Part shown: piece by piece, positions 52,901 through 64,000 of the stretch | Position numbering within the stretch: the stretch's first letter is position 1 | Layout: each line of letters opens with the position of its first letter | NCBI RefSeq assembly: GCF_046119375.1 | Contig: NW_027362769.1 | Coordinates: 393,142,001 to 393,206,000 of the forward strand | Reading direction: 5' to 3' | DNA from: Phyllobates terribilis | Taxonomy: Eukaryota | DNA: 64,000 bases | Notes under the pieces: generated by a model | Told to the model about the DNA's origin: nothing | Database searches by the model: none | The model's input: the letters and a program-made list of their open reading frames with translations, nothing else | Program-made: the position numbers and the translations under genes

Positions 52901-55900
52901 TGTACACAGTGACTGCACCAGCAGAATAGTGAGTGCAGCTCCGGAGTATAATCCAGGATGTAACTCAGGATCAGTAATGTAATGTATGTACACAGTGACT
53001 GCACCAGCAGAATAGTGATTGCAGCTCTGGAGTATAATACAGGATGTAACTCAGGATCAGTAATGTAATGTATGTACACAGTGACTGCACCAGCAGAATA
53101 GTGATTGCAGCTCTGGAGTATAATACAGGATGTAACTCAGCATGAGTTTAAGTGTGAAATAAGGGAATCATGTTGTAATGTCCGGTCATTTAGTGCAGAT
53201 GATCTCGCGCTCTCGGACTGACCTGTTGATCCATCTCCGTCCGGTCTCAGCCTTTGGTGTCTCTTTCTTGGATTGCTGCTAAAATATAGAATTTTTTTTA
53301 CTGTTATTTTGTGTAAAGTTTCTCCTTAATAAACGATTCCGCAATCTAAACATTATAGGGGCAGTCACATTAGGGGGCAGACACCACCCAGAGACTGATA
53401 TTGATTGTTGGTCCAGTCTGTTTCATCCTATCGTGTCAGTAGGGGGCGACACTTACTTTTCCTGCTGACTCTTGAAATATTTGATTCCTTTTGCGAATGG
53501 ATTTTCTTCTATTTTCAGCAAGGAGAGCTGCAGAGGAGAGGGAGAACAGGTGAGAGGAGGGGCTAATGGTAGTGGGAGGAGACAGTGATAGAGGGAGGAG
53601 CCATGAAACTTGGATTTTATAGGAGCCCAAAGCACTCTAAGGGACTGTTCCCATCGTCAGAAACGGGTGTTGTTAAATAGAGCTTATAAATACAAGCGAT
53701 TTTGCAATTTACAGCTTATTAATATTTCCAGCCGTTCTGGAGATATGAACACTTTAGTTTACAGCTCGTTGCTATGGAGACCGACCACCGATTGTGCACA
53801 AGCTCTTTTATTCTGAGCTTGTAAGCGCTGTTTTAAAGCTGGACAGCATTTCTGGAGCGCGCTGTGACCTCCTATTCTCGGCCAGCTTCAGCACAGTGCT
53901 TACAAGCTCGTCAGCAGTGGTGGTCGGTCTCCTAGGCAACAAACTATAAACAAAAGTGTTAATATCTCATGAACGGCTGCAAATTTTAACAAACTGTAAA
54001 TTGCAAAAGTGGTTGTCCGACAATATCCATCTATGAAGACACAAATAACCTCTTAAAGGGGGAGTCCATACACAAGTAAGGAACCCAGCTGACCTTTGGA
54101 TTCTGGTAGCTGGTGACCGCTATGAAGGACGTCTCTGGGAAGGAGATGGAGGAGGCAGGCCGGGCGCGGGGTCCATTATTAGATGTGGGGATGATGAATA
54201 ATCGCAGGTAGTAACGGTGCATGGACTGCAGGACGATCTGAGGAGGAAAGATCATTAGAGATCATGATGGCCACCATGAGGGTATCAGGTCCGTCCTGGT
54301 GGGGGCACCCTGCCGGCACAATAGTTATCAATTTTTAACGATTTTACGACACTAGGTGGCGCCACCCCCGTCATCTCTATGGACACATCTCCGCCATACC
54401 TGTCCTCCCTGGCTCAGGGTGTTGTTGGTCAGTCGGATCCTGTTGAAGCAGATGGGCCTCTCCATCCATCGGTGACCAGGGGCTGGGGATTCAGGGTGGA
54501 GGTAGAGGCGGGTGGGGGGTCCTGGCTCTGCCCTGCCGCTCATACTCCAGGTCCCGTCACGCCACTTGTAGCGGTTCTCACCGTCAGGAACGGCCTGGAC
54601 GCAGAGACAGTAGAGACCATGCGGGTCCAGGCCGGTCAAAGAGACCGAAAACTCCGGGAACATCCGCCTGTCGGGACAAGACGGACAGTCAGTCTCGTCC
54701 CCCCGAACTGGGAGGCTCAACACAGCAGGTTCCAGTCCGATGCGGAGTGACAGCCATTACCGGCCACAATTACTGTGCCTGCATGGGTTGCAATCACTGC
54801 AATGTCAGTCTTCACTGTGGTTCCGGCATTCTGTTCATGAAACAGGAAGCTCAGGATGAACATCACACACTTACCGCCCATTTTTGGTCAGTATCATTTC
54901 TGTACCCACAGTATTAAACTTCTCCCATAATTCCCTGTTCTCCAATTGGGCAGAGATTTGTGGAGCGGCCGTTGCTGGCGATCCCGGAGGAGAACAATAT
55001 GGCAGAGAGAGATAATATCCAGTGGGATGAGGAAACTTTGCACCTGAATGAAGCAGAAGAGACGTCCAATGTCACTAATGGAGTCGGCGAAACACCCGGC
55101 TAAATATTGACACAAGGAGAAGGTGACCTGAGGTTACCCGCAATTCACACATCGCTGCCATGTTTGCCCAGGAATCGACCTGTCCCGAGCTGAGCACTAC
55201 AACTCCCAGCATAACACACCTGTCAGGACTTGTAGTGACAACTGGACAGAAGAGACCTGCAGACAGCCGGGGAGGTGACACATATGGCCGCTTTTACAAC
55301 TTCTCAAATGGTTCTCAAAGTCCCAAGCAAATACTAAGCTGACACCACACAACAATGTGGAGGGGCAGAGAGTTTTATATTTTGTCACAAAATCTCATTT
55401 TCATCCATCGCTGCGATACAGATCAGCACTTTATGGCACCTAGGCCTCAACTGCCAAAAAGGACTAAAAAGAAGACGTTGCCCCTAGCAACCAGTCACAG
55501 CGCAGCTTTCATTCTGTAAACAGCTCTGGTGAAATGAAAGCTGCGCTATGATTGGTCGCTAACGGGCAAGAAAGACATCTCCGCATTTAGTCAGTTTTCA
55601 TAAGTTACGCCCAATATTTTGGTGTTAAGTCTTCTCAGAAAGCTGTGCGCCCTGACATCCGAGGTAAAGAAGTATATACAGTATACACAGTATATATACA
55701 GACAATACTACATTCTGTGGTGTTACATAGGACTGCAGGTGACATCTACTACATTATCTGTACTCAGAGAGTTATCACTGTGTTATCTGTGGTGTTACAT
55801 AGGACTGCAGGTGACATCTACTACATTATCTGTACTCAGAGAGTTATCACTGTGTTATCTGTGGTGTTACAAAGGACTGCAGGTGACATCTACTATATTA

Positions 55901-58900
55901 TCTGTGCTCAGAGAGTTATCACTATGTTATCTGTGGTGTTACATAGGACTGCAGGTGACATCTACTATATTATCTGTACTCAGAGAGTTATCACTGTGTT
56001 ATCTGTGGTGTTACATAGGACTGCAGGTGACATCTACTATATTATCTGTACTCAGAGAGTTATCACTGTGTTATCTGTGGAGTTACATAGGACTGCAGGT
56101 GACATCTACTACATTATCTGTACTCAGAGTTATCACTGTGTTATCTGTGGTGTTACATAGGACTGCAGGTGACATCTACTACATTATCTGTACTCAGAGA
56201 GTTATCACTGTGTTATCTGTGGTGTTACATAGGACTGCAGGTGACATCTACATTATCTGTACTCAGAGAGTTATCACTGTGTTATCTGTGGTGTTACATA
56301 GGACTGCAGGTGACATCTACTACATTATCTGTACTCAGAGAGTTATCACTGTGTTATCTGTGGTGTTACATAGGACTGCAGGTGACATCTACATTATCTG
56401 TACTCAGAGAGCTATCACTGTGTTATCTGTGGTGTTACATAGGACTGCAGGTGACATCTACTACATTATCTGTACTCAGAGTTATCACTGTGTTATCTGT
56501 GGAGTTACATAGGACTGCAGGTGACATCTACTACATTATCTGTACTCAGAGTTATCACTGTGTTATCTGTGGTGTTACATAGGACTGCAGGTGACATCTA
56601 CTACATTATCTGTACTCAGAGAGTTATCACTGTGTTATCTGTGGTGTTACATAGGACTGCAGGTGACATCTACTACATTATCTGTACTCAGAGAGATATC
56701 ACTGTGCTATCTGTGGTGTTACATAGGACTGCAGGTGACATCTACTACATTATCTGTACTCAGAGAGTTATCACTGTGTTATCTGTGGTGTTACATAGGA
56801 CTGCAGGTGACATTTACTACATTATCTGTACTCAGAGTTATCACTGTGTTATATGTGGAGTTACATAGGACTGCAGGTGACATCTACTACATTATCTGTA
56901 CTCAGAGAGTTATCACTGTGTTATCTGTGGTGTTACATAGGACTGCAGGAGACATCTACTACATTATCTGTACTCAGAGAGTTATCACTGTGTTATCTGT
57001 GGTGTTACATAGGACTGCAGGTGACATCTACATTATCTGTACTCAGAGAGTTATCACTGTGTTATCTGTGGTGTTACATAGGACTGCAGGTGACATCTAC
57101 TACATTATCTGTACTCAGAGAGATATCACTGTGTTATCTGTGGTGTTACATAGGACTGCAGGTGACATCTACATTATCTGTACTCAGAGAGCTATCACTG
57201 TGTTATCTGTGGTGTTACATAGGACTGCAGGTGACATCTACTACATTATCTGTACTCAGAGTTATCACTGTGTTATCTGTGGAGTTACATAGGACTGCAG
57301 GTGACATCTACTACATTATCTGTACTCAGAGTTATCACTGTGTTATCTGTGGTGTTACATAGGACTGCAGGTGACATCTACTACATTATCTGTACTCAGA
57401 GAGTTATCACTGTGTTATCTGTGGTGTTACATAGGACTGCAGGTGACATCTACTACATTATCTGTACTCAGAGAGATATCACTGTGCTATCTGTGGTGTT
57501 ACATAGGACTGCAGGTGACATCTACTACATTATCTGTACTCAGAGAGTTATCACTGTGTTATCTGTGGTGTTACATAGGACTGCAGGTGACATTTACTAC
57601 ATTATCTGTACTCAGAGTTATCACTGTGTTATCTGTGGTGTTACATAGGACTGCAGGTGACATCTACTACATTATCTGTACTCAGAGAGTTATCACTGTG
57701 TTATCTGTGGTGTTACATAGGACTGCAGGTGACATTTACTACATTATCTGTACTCAGAGTTATCACTGTGTTATCTGTGGTGTTACATAGGACTGCAGGT
57801 GACATCTACTACATTATCTGTACTCAGAGAGTTATCACTGTGTTATCTGTGGTGTTACATAGGACTGCAGGTGACATCTACTACATTATCTGTACTCAGA
57901 GTTATCACTGTGCTATCTGTGGTGTTACATAGGACTGCAGGTGACATCTACTACATTATCTGTACTCAGAGAGTTATCACTGTGTGATCTGTGGTGTTAC
58001 ATAGGACTGCAGGTGACATCTACATTATCTGTACTCAGAGAGTTATCACTGTGTTATCTGTGGTGTTACATAGGACTGCAGGTGACATCTACTACATTAT
58101 CTGTACTCAGAGTTATCACTGTGCTATCTGTGGTGTTACATAGGACTGCAGGTGACATCTACTACATTATCTGTACTCAGAGAGTTATCACTGTGTGATC
58201 TGTGGTGTTACATAGGACTGCAGGTGACATCTACATTATCTGTACTCAGAGAGTTATCACTGTGTTATCTGTGGTGTTACATAGGACTGCAGGTGACATC
58301 TACTACATTATCTGTAATCAGAGAGTTATCACTGTGTATCTGTGGTGATACATAGGACTGCAGGTGACATCTACTACATTATCTGTACTCAGAGAGTTAT
58401 CACTGTGTTATCTGTGGTGTTACATAGGACTGCAGGTGACATCTACTACATTATCTGTACTCAGAGAGCTATCACTGTGTTATCTTTGGTGTTACATAGG
58501 ACTGCAGGTGACATCTACATTATCTGTACTCAGAGAGTTATCACTGTGTTATCTGTGGTGTTACATAGGACTGCAGGTGACACCTACTACATTATCTATA
58601 CTCAGAGAGTTATCACTGTGTTATCTGTGGTGTTACATAGGACTGCAGGTGACATCTACTACATTATCTGTAATCAGAGAGTTATCACTGTGTTATCTGT
58701 GGTGTTACCTAGGACTGCAGGTGACATCTACTACATTATCTGTACTCAGAGAGTTATCACTGTGTTATCTGTGGTGTTACATAGGACTGCAGGGGACATC
58801 TACTACATTATCTGTACTCAGGGAGTTATCACTGTGTTATCTGTGGTGTTACATAGGACTGCAGGGGACATCTACTACATTATCTGTAATCAGAGAGTTA

Positions 58901-60354
58901 TCACTGTGTTATCTGTGGTGTTACATAGGACTGCAGGTGACATCCACTACATTATCTGTACTCAGAGAGTTATCACTGTGTTATCTGTGGTGTTACATAG
59001 GACTGCAGGTGACATCTACTACATTATCTGTACTCAGAGAGTTATCACTGTGTTATCTGTGGTGTTACATAGGACTGCAGGTGACATCTATCACATTATC
59101 TGTACTCAGAGAGTTATCACTGTGTTATCTGTGGTATTACATAGGACTGCAGGTGACATCTACTACATTATCTGTACTCAGAGTTATCACTGTGTTATCT
59201 GTGGTGTTACATAGGACTGCAGGTGACATCTACTACATTATCTGTACCCAGAGAGTTATCATTGTGTTATCTGTGGTGTTACATAGGACTGCAGGTGACA
59301 TCTACATTATCTGTACTCAGAGTTATCACTGTGTTATCTGTGGTGTTACATAGGACTGCAGGTGTCATCTACTACATTATCTGTACTCAGAGTTATCACT
59401 GTGTTATCTGTGGTGTTACATAGGACTGCAGGTGACATCTATCACATTATCTGTACTCAGAGAGTTATCACTGTGTTATCTGTGGTATTACATAGGACTG
59501 CAGGTGACATCTACTACATTATCTGTACTCAGAGAGTTATCACTGTGTTATCTGTGGTGTTACATAGGACTGCAGGTGACATCTACTACATTATCTGTAC
59601 TCAGAGAGCTATCACTGTGTTATCTGTGGTGTTACATAGGACTGCAAGTGACATCTACTACATTATCTGTACTCAGAGAGTTATCACTGTGTTACCTGTG
59701 GTATTACATAGGACTGCAGGTGACATCTACTACATTATCTGTATTCAGAGAGTTATCACTGTGTTATCTGTGGTGTTACATAGGACTGCAAGTGACATCT
59801 ACTACATTATCTGTACTCAGAGAGTTATCACTGTGTTATCTGTGGTATTACATAGGACTGCAGGTGACATCTACTACATTATCTGTACTCAGAGAGTTAT
59901 CACTGTGTTATCTGTGGTGTTACATAGGACTGCAGGTGACATCTACTACATTATCTGTATTCAGAGAGTTATCACTGTGTTATCTGTCGTGTTACATAGG
60001 ACTGCAAGTGACATCTACTACATTATCTGTACTCAGAGAGTTATCACTGTGCTATCTGTGGTGTTACATAGGACTGCAGGTGACATCTACTACATTATCT
60101 GTACTCAGAGAGTTATCACTGTGTTATCTGTGGTGTTACATAGGACTGCAGGTGACATCTACTACATTATCTGTACTCTGTGATCATAGGACACCATACA
60201 GTTTAGTGCCCCTTCCCTTGTGCCACACCTGTACACACATAGCACACACATAGCGCACACATATACCGCGGCGGTGTCCTGGGTACTCACCTATGTCTCT
60301 CCTGAGCTCGGGTGGGGTGGGCAGGCAGCAGCCCAGTATTCCTGTTGAGTGCAT
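43936..60354 (-). CDS. Divergent Tbx6-subfamily T-box transcription factor (probably Tbx6r-like). Exons 60354-60291 (tentative), 55043-54875, 54667-54400, 54237-54094, 53527-53457, 53278-53223, 44610-44217, 44143-43936
   Basis: [24 protein letters not shown]|[35 protein letters not shown]|[23 protein letters not shown]|..[11 protein letters not shown], followed by a basic (RKR), an acidic and a Pro-rich tail. All junctions are GT-AG and in phase. The T-box exons are certain; exon 1 and the 3' exons are less so. Confidence 0.85.
44680..46653. repeat. 86-bp satellite array, left of the LTR insertion
   Basis: Unit gtaatgtaatgtatgtacacagtgactgcaccagcagaatagtgagtgcagctctggagtataatacaggatgtaactcaggatca. 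The 64-aa ORFs recur every 86 bp. Confidence 0.97.
46654..47288 (-). repeat. 3' LTR (635 bp)
   Basis: Adjacent to the PPT. Carries a sense-strand AATAAA at 46757-46752. Confidence 0.95.
47345..50725 (-). CDS. Chimeric LTR-element ORF (about 1126 codons, one in-frame TGA at 48334-48332): unknown or gag-remnant N-terminus + cingulin-derived coiled coil + unidentified coiled coil + FXR1-derived KH0/KH2/NES/C-terminal region
   Basis: Track ORFs 48332-50725 and 47345-48328 are in the same frame (..KKAVGA*KVYSTSE..). Cingulin-like: [79 protein letters not shown]1-like: [67 protein letters not shown]. Confidence 0.8.
51052..51685 (-). repeat. 5' LTR (634 bp)
   Basis: Followed on the minus strand by a 2-nt spacer and the TGG-initiated PBS-like sequence. 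Confidence 0.95.
51686..53140. repeat. 86-bp satellite array, right of the LTR insertion
   Basis: Same unit as 44680-46653, resuming in register after the TSD. Contains a 522-bp higher-order duplication, marked by ggatcagtacaggatcagt at about 52092 and about 52614. Confidence 0.97.
53637..54056. mobile_element. Palindromic MITE in T-box intron
   Basis: Long internal inverted repeat (ttgcaatttacag..gttgctatggagaccgaccacc vs ggtggtcggtctcctaggcaac..ctgtaaattgcaa). (C/T)TAA-like ends. Confidence 0.65.
55478..55572. mobile_element. Short palindromic MITE core
   Basis: ttgccc.tagcaaccagtcacagcgcagctttcatt ... aatgaaagctgcgctatgattggtcgcta.cgggcaa inverted arms. Confidence 0.55.
55715..60182. repeat. 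72-bp satellite array (69/70-bp variants), about 4.5 kb
   Basis: Unit gtgttacataggactgcaggtgacatctactacattatctgtactcagagagttatcactgtgttatctgtg. The period is divisible by 3, which explains the long ORFs. Confidence 0.97.
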
Positions 60355-60389
60355 GATGTGATCTGACACCCAGGACATGGGGGGAGAGC

Positions 60390-60395
60390 TTTATA
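60390..60395 (-). promoter_or_regulatory. Candidate TATA box for the T-box gene
   Basis: TATAAA on the minus strand about 36 bp before the ATG at 60354, in an exon ending at a strong AG|GTGAGT donor (60291/60290) in the phase needed for exon 55043. Confidence 0.45.
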
Positions 60396-61399
60396 CAGTG
60401 GGAGGAGAGACCCCATACTGCTCAGAGGGGGCGAGCAGAAGTCCCATCATTGTCTCTTTTCACTTACACATGGGGCCATAGAGTGCAAGCTCCTATGACA
60501 AGATCCTTATGTCACACCCTGAAGCTCCCACTAATTATAAATGTGCGGGTCATTAGTGTATCATTGTGACCCTGCACATGGGGGGCTGTCTGTACACAGG
60601 GTAATTCTATGTTTAGATTCACCTAATCTCCATCATTACTCAATTAACACCTTGTTGCCCGCCCCCCTTATAAGACTGCGACCCTTCCCCAGCTGTTGTC
60701 ACCACATCTGCTATGAGGTCTCCTTGTGTCTGCACTGATGCATCCTATTTCCTAGAAGTCCCACTGTTCCAAAAAAGGTTTAGGAATTCCCATTTTTTGG
60801 ATTGGGCAGGTGGGGGGGATAGTGACTACCAGTTTACCCGGAGCAATAAATAGTGCAATGATATCATGAGGGGGTCTATTCTACATGGCTGGACCACTAA
60901 GTGGTCATCAGAAGGTCGATGATGTCCTAGGGGACAGAATTGGACACTATCACAATGGACCGCTAGGGACTATATGGATCTTATTAGACCACCATGGACT
61001 GTATGGGACCAGTAGAATTAAAGATTATCTTACTGGGCCACAAAGGATTATATCAAACCACTGAATGGGACACTATCTCACTAGTCCACCATGGACTATT
61101 TAGAAACACAAGAGTTTAGACACCATCTTAGTGGACCACTAGGGACTGGATTGGACTGGTCGAATTTAGAGACTATCTCACTGAGCCAACGGGAGCTGGG
61201 TAGTATCTCAGTGGATCAACACAATGATAGATTAGGAGTAGATTGGGTCACCATACAAAAATTAGATAGTCAATGGGTTCCATGTTACACAAGATGGTTT
61301 ACCAGCAGGTCAGTAGGCATTACTAGATCACCAGGGAGCAGGTGAAGCTCACTTATCTCTGGTCACAGGGACACATTCTGGACATCTCAGGGCTATTAT

Positions 61400-64000
61400 C
61401 GGTGCTGGTCATGGAGGCATGGTCTGAGTATCTTAGGGCTATGGACAGAGATAGTCACGGCTGGTCATTTATCTGTGGTCATGGAGGCATGGTCTGGGCA
61501 TTTTGGGGCTATGATTAGGACTGGTCACTGAGCTGTGATCATAGAGGCATGGTCTGGGCATTTCGAGGCTATAGTCAGTGCTGGTCACTGAACTGTGGTC
61601 ATGGTGGCATGGTCTGGGCATTTGGAGGCTATAGTCGGGGATGGTCATTGAGCTGTGGTCATGGAGGCATAGTCTGGGCACTTTGGGGCTATTGCCAGGT
61701 CTGGTCACTGAGTTGTGGTCATGGAGGCATTGTCTGGGCACCTTGGGTCTATCAGGGATGATCACTGAGCTGTGGTCATGGAGGCATTGTCTGGGCACCT
61801 TTAGCTATAATCAGGGCTAGTCACTGAGTGTGGTCATGGAGGCATGGTCTGGACACCTGGGTCTATCAGGAATGATCACTGAGCAGTGGTCATGGAAGCA
61901 TGGTCTGGGCACTTTGGGGCTATAGTCAGGGATGGTCACTGACTTGTGGTCATGGAGGCATGGTCTGGGCACCTTCGGTCTATCAGGGATGATCACTGAG
62001 CTGTGGTCATGGAGGCATGGTCTGGGCACCTTGAGCTATAATCAGGGCTAGTCACTGAGTGTGGTCATGGAGACATGGTCTGGGCACCTGGGTCTATCAG
62101 GAATGATCACTGAGCTGGTGTCATGGAGGCATGGTCTGGGCACCTTGGGTCTATCAGGGATGATCACTGAGTGTGGTCATGGAGGCATGGTCTGGGCACC
62201 TTGGGTCTATCAGGGATGGTCACTGAGTGTGGTCATGGAGGCATGGTCTGGGCACCTTGAGCTATAATCAGGGCTGGTCACTGCGTGTGGTCATGGAGGC
62301 ATGGTCTGGGCACCTTGGGTCTATCAGGGATGATCACTGAGTGTGGTCATGGAGGCATGGTCTGGGCACCTTCGGTCTATCAGGGATGGTCACTGAGTGT
62401 GGTCATGGAGGCATGGTCTGGGCACCTTGAGCTATAATCAGGGCTGGTCACTGCGTGTGGTCATGGAGGCATGGTCTGGGCACCTGGGTCTATCAGGAAT
62501 GATCACTGAGCTGTGGTCATGGAAGCATGGTCTGGGCACCTTGAGCTATAATCAGGGATGGTCACTGACTTGTGGTCATGGAGGCATTGTCTGGGCACCA
62601 GGGTCTTTCAGGGATGATCACTGAGCTGTGGTCATGGAAGCATGGTCTGGGCACTTTGGGGCTATAGTCAGGGATGGTCACTGACTTGTGGTCATGGAGG
62701 CATTGTCTGGGCCCCTTCGGTCTATCAGGGATGATCACTGAGCTGTGGTCATGGAGGCATGGTCTGGGCACCTGGGTCTATCAGGAATGATCACTGAGCT
62801 GTGGTCATGGAGGCATGGTCTGGGCACCTTGAGCTATAATCAGGGCTGGTCACTGCGTGTGGTCATGGAGGCATGGTCTGGACACCTTGGGTCTATCAGG
62901 GATGATCACTGAGTGTGGTCATGGAGGCATGGTCTGGGCACCTTGGGTCTATCAGGGATGGTCACTGAGTGTGGTCATGGAGGCATGGTCTGGGCACCTT
63001 GGGTCTATCAGGGATGGTCACTGAGTGTGGTAATGGAGGCATGGTCTGGGCACCTTGAGCTATAATCAGGGCTGGTCACTGCGTGTGGTCATGGAGGCAT
63101 GGTCTGGGCACCTTGAGCTATAATCAGGGCTGGTCACTGCGTGTGGTCATGGAGGCATGGTCTGGGCACCTGGGTCTATCAGGAATGATCACTGAGCTGT
63201 GGTCATGGAAGCATGGTCTGGGCACCTTGAGCTATAATCAGGGATGGTCACTGACTTGTGGTCATGGAGGCATTGTCTGGGCACCAGGGTCTTTCAGGGA
63301 TGATCACTGAGCTGTGGTCATGGAAGCATGGTCTGGGCACTTTGGGGCTATAGTCAGGGATGGTCACTGACTTGTGGTCATGGAGGCATTGTCTGGGCAC
63401 CTTCGGTCTATCAGGGATGATCACTGAGCTGTGGTCATGGAAGCATGGTCTTGGCACCTTGAGCTATAATCAGGGATGGTCACTGACTTGTGGTCATGGA
63501 GGCATTGTCTGGGCACCAGGGTCTTTCAGGGATGATCACTGAGCTGTGGTCATGGAAGCATGGTCTGGGCACTTTGGGGCTATAGTCAGGGATGGTCACT
63601 GACTTGTGGTCATGGAGGCATTGTCTGGGCACCTTCGGTCTATCAGGGATGATCACTGAGCTGTGGTCATGGAAGCATGGTCTGGGCACCATGAGCTATA
63701 ATCAGGGCTAGTTACTGAGTGTGGTCATGGAGGCATGGTCTGGGCACCATGAGCTATAATCAGGGCTAGTCACTGAGTGTGGTCATGGAGGCATGGTCTG
63801 GGCACCTTCAGTCTATCAGGAATGATCACTGAGCTGTGGTCATGGAGGCATGGTCTGGGCACCTGGGTCTATCAGGAATGATCACTGAGCTGTGGTCATG
63901 GAGGCATGGTCTGGGCACCTGGGTCTATCAGGAATGATCACTGAGCTGTGATCATGGAGGCATGGTCTGGGCACCATGAGCTATAATCAGGGCTAGTCAC
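61400..64000. repeat. 57-59-bp satellite array running off the window end
   Basis: Unit gtcactgagctgtggtcatggaggcatggtctgggcaccttgggtctatcagggatg. About 230-bp higher-order repeats after about 63200. Confidence 0.95.

Noticed and set aside
60512-60518. TCACACC T-box half-site upstream of the T-box gene (autoregulation)
   Set aside because: A single 7-mer imperfect match is expected by chance.

Overview
Vertebrate genomic DNA, almost certainly a frog (inferred from the repeat families and gene set). The SULT1-GDPD3-T-box gene content matches human 16p11.2. Spliced genes were reconstructed by hand: the 3' five exons of a SULT1-family sulfotransferase (+), a single-coding-exon RING/B-box/PRY-SPRY TRIM (-), NUDT9 (+, 8 coding exons), GDPD3 (+, 10 coding exons) and a divergent Tbx6-class T-box gene (-, probably Tbx6r-like). 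Roughly half of the window is minisatellite arrays, which generate most of the long ORFs in the track; these are spurious. DNA transposons include a Tc1 nested in a hAT MITE and several TTAA-flanked Kolobok/T2-type MITEs; there is also an L1 3' fragment. The standout is a young 5.0-kb LTR element (46654-51685, - strand, about 98% identical LTRs, GTAC target-site duplication, PPT, PBS-like site). It has no recognisable protease, RT, RNase H or integrase. Instead it carries one about 1126-codon intronless reading frame, broken only by a single in-frame TGA, that fuses cingulin-derived coiled-coil to an FXR1-derived RNA-binding region with KH1 cleanly deleted. All protein-family assignments come from motif recognition from memory, not from database searches.
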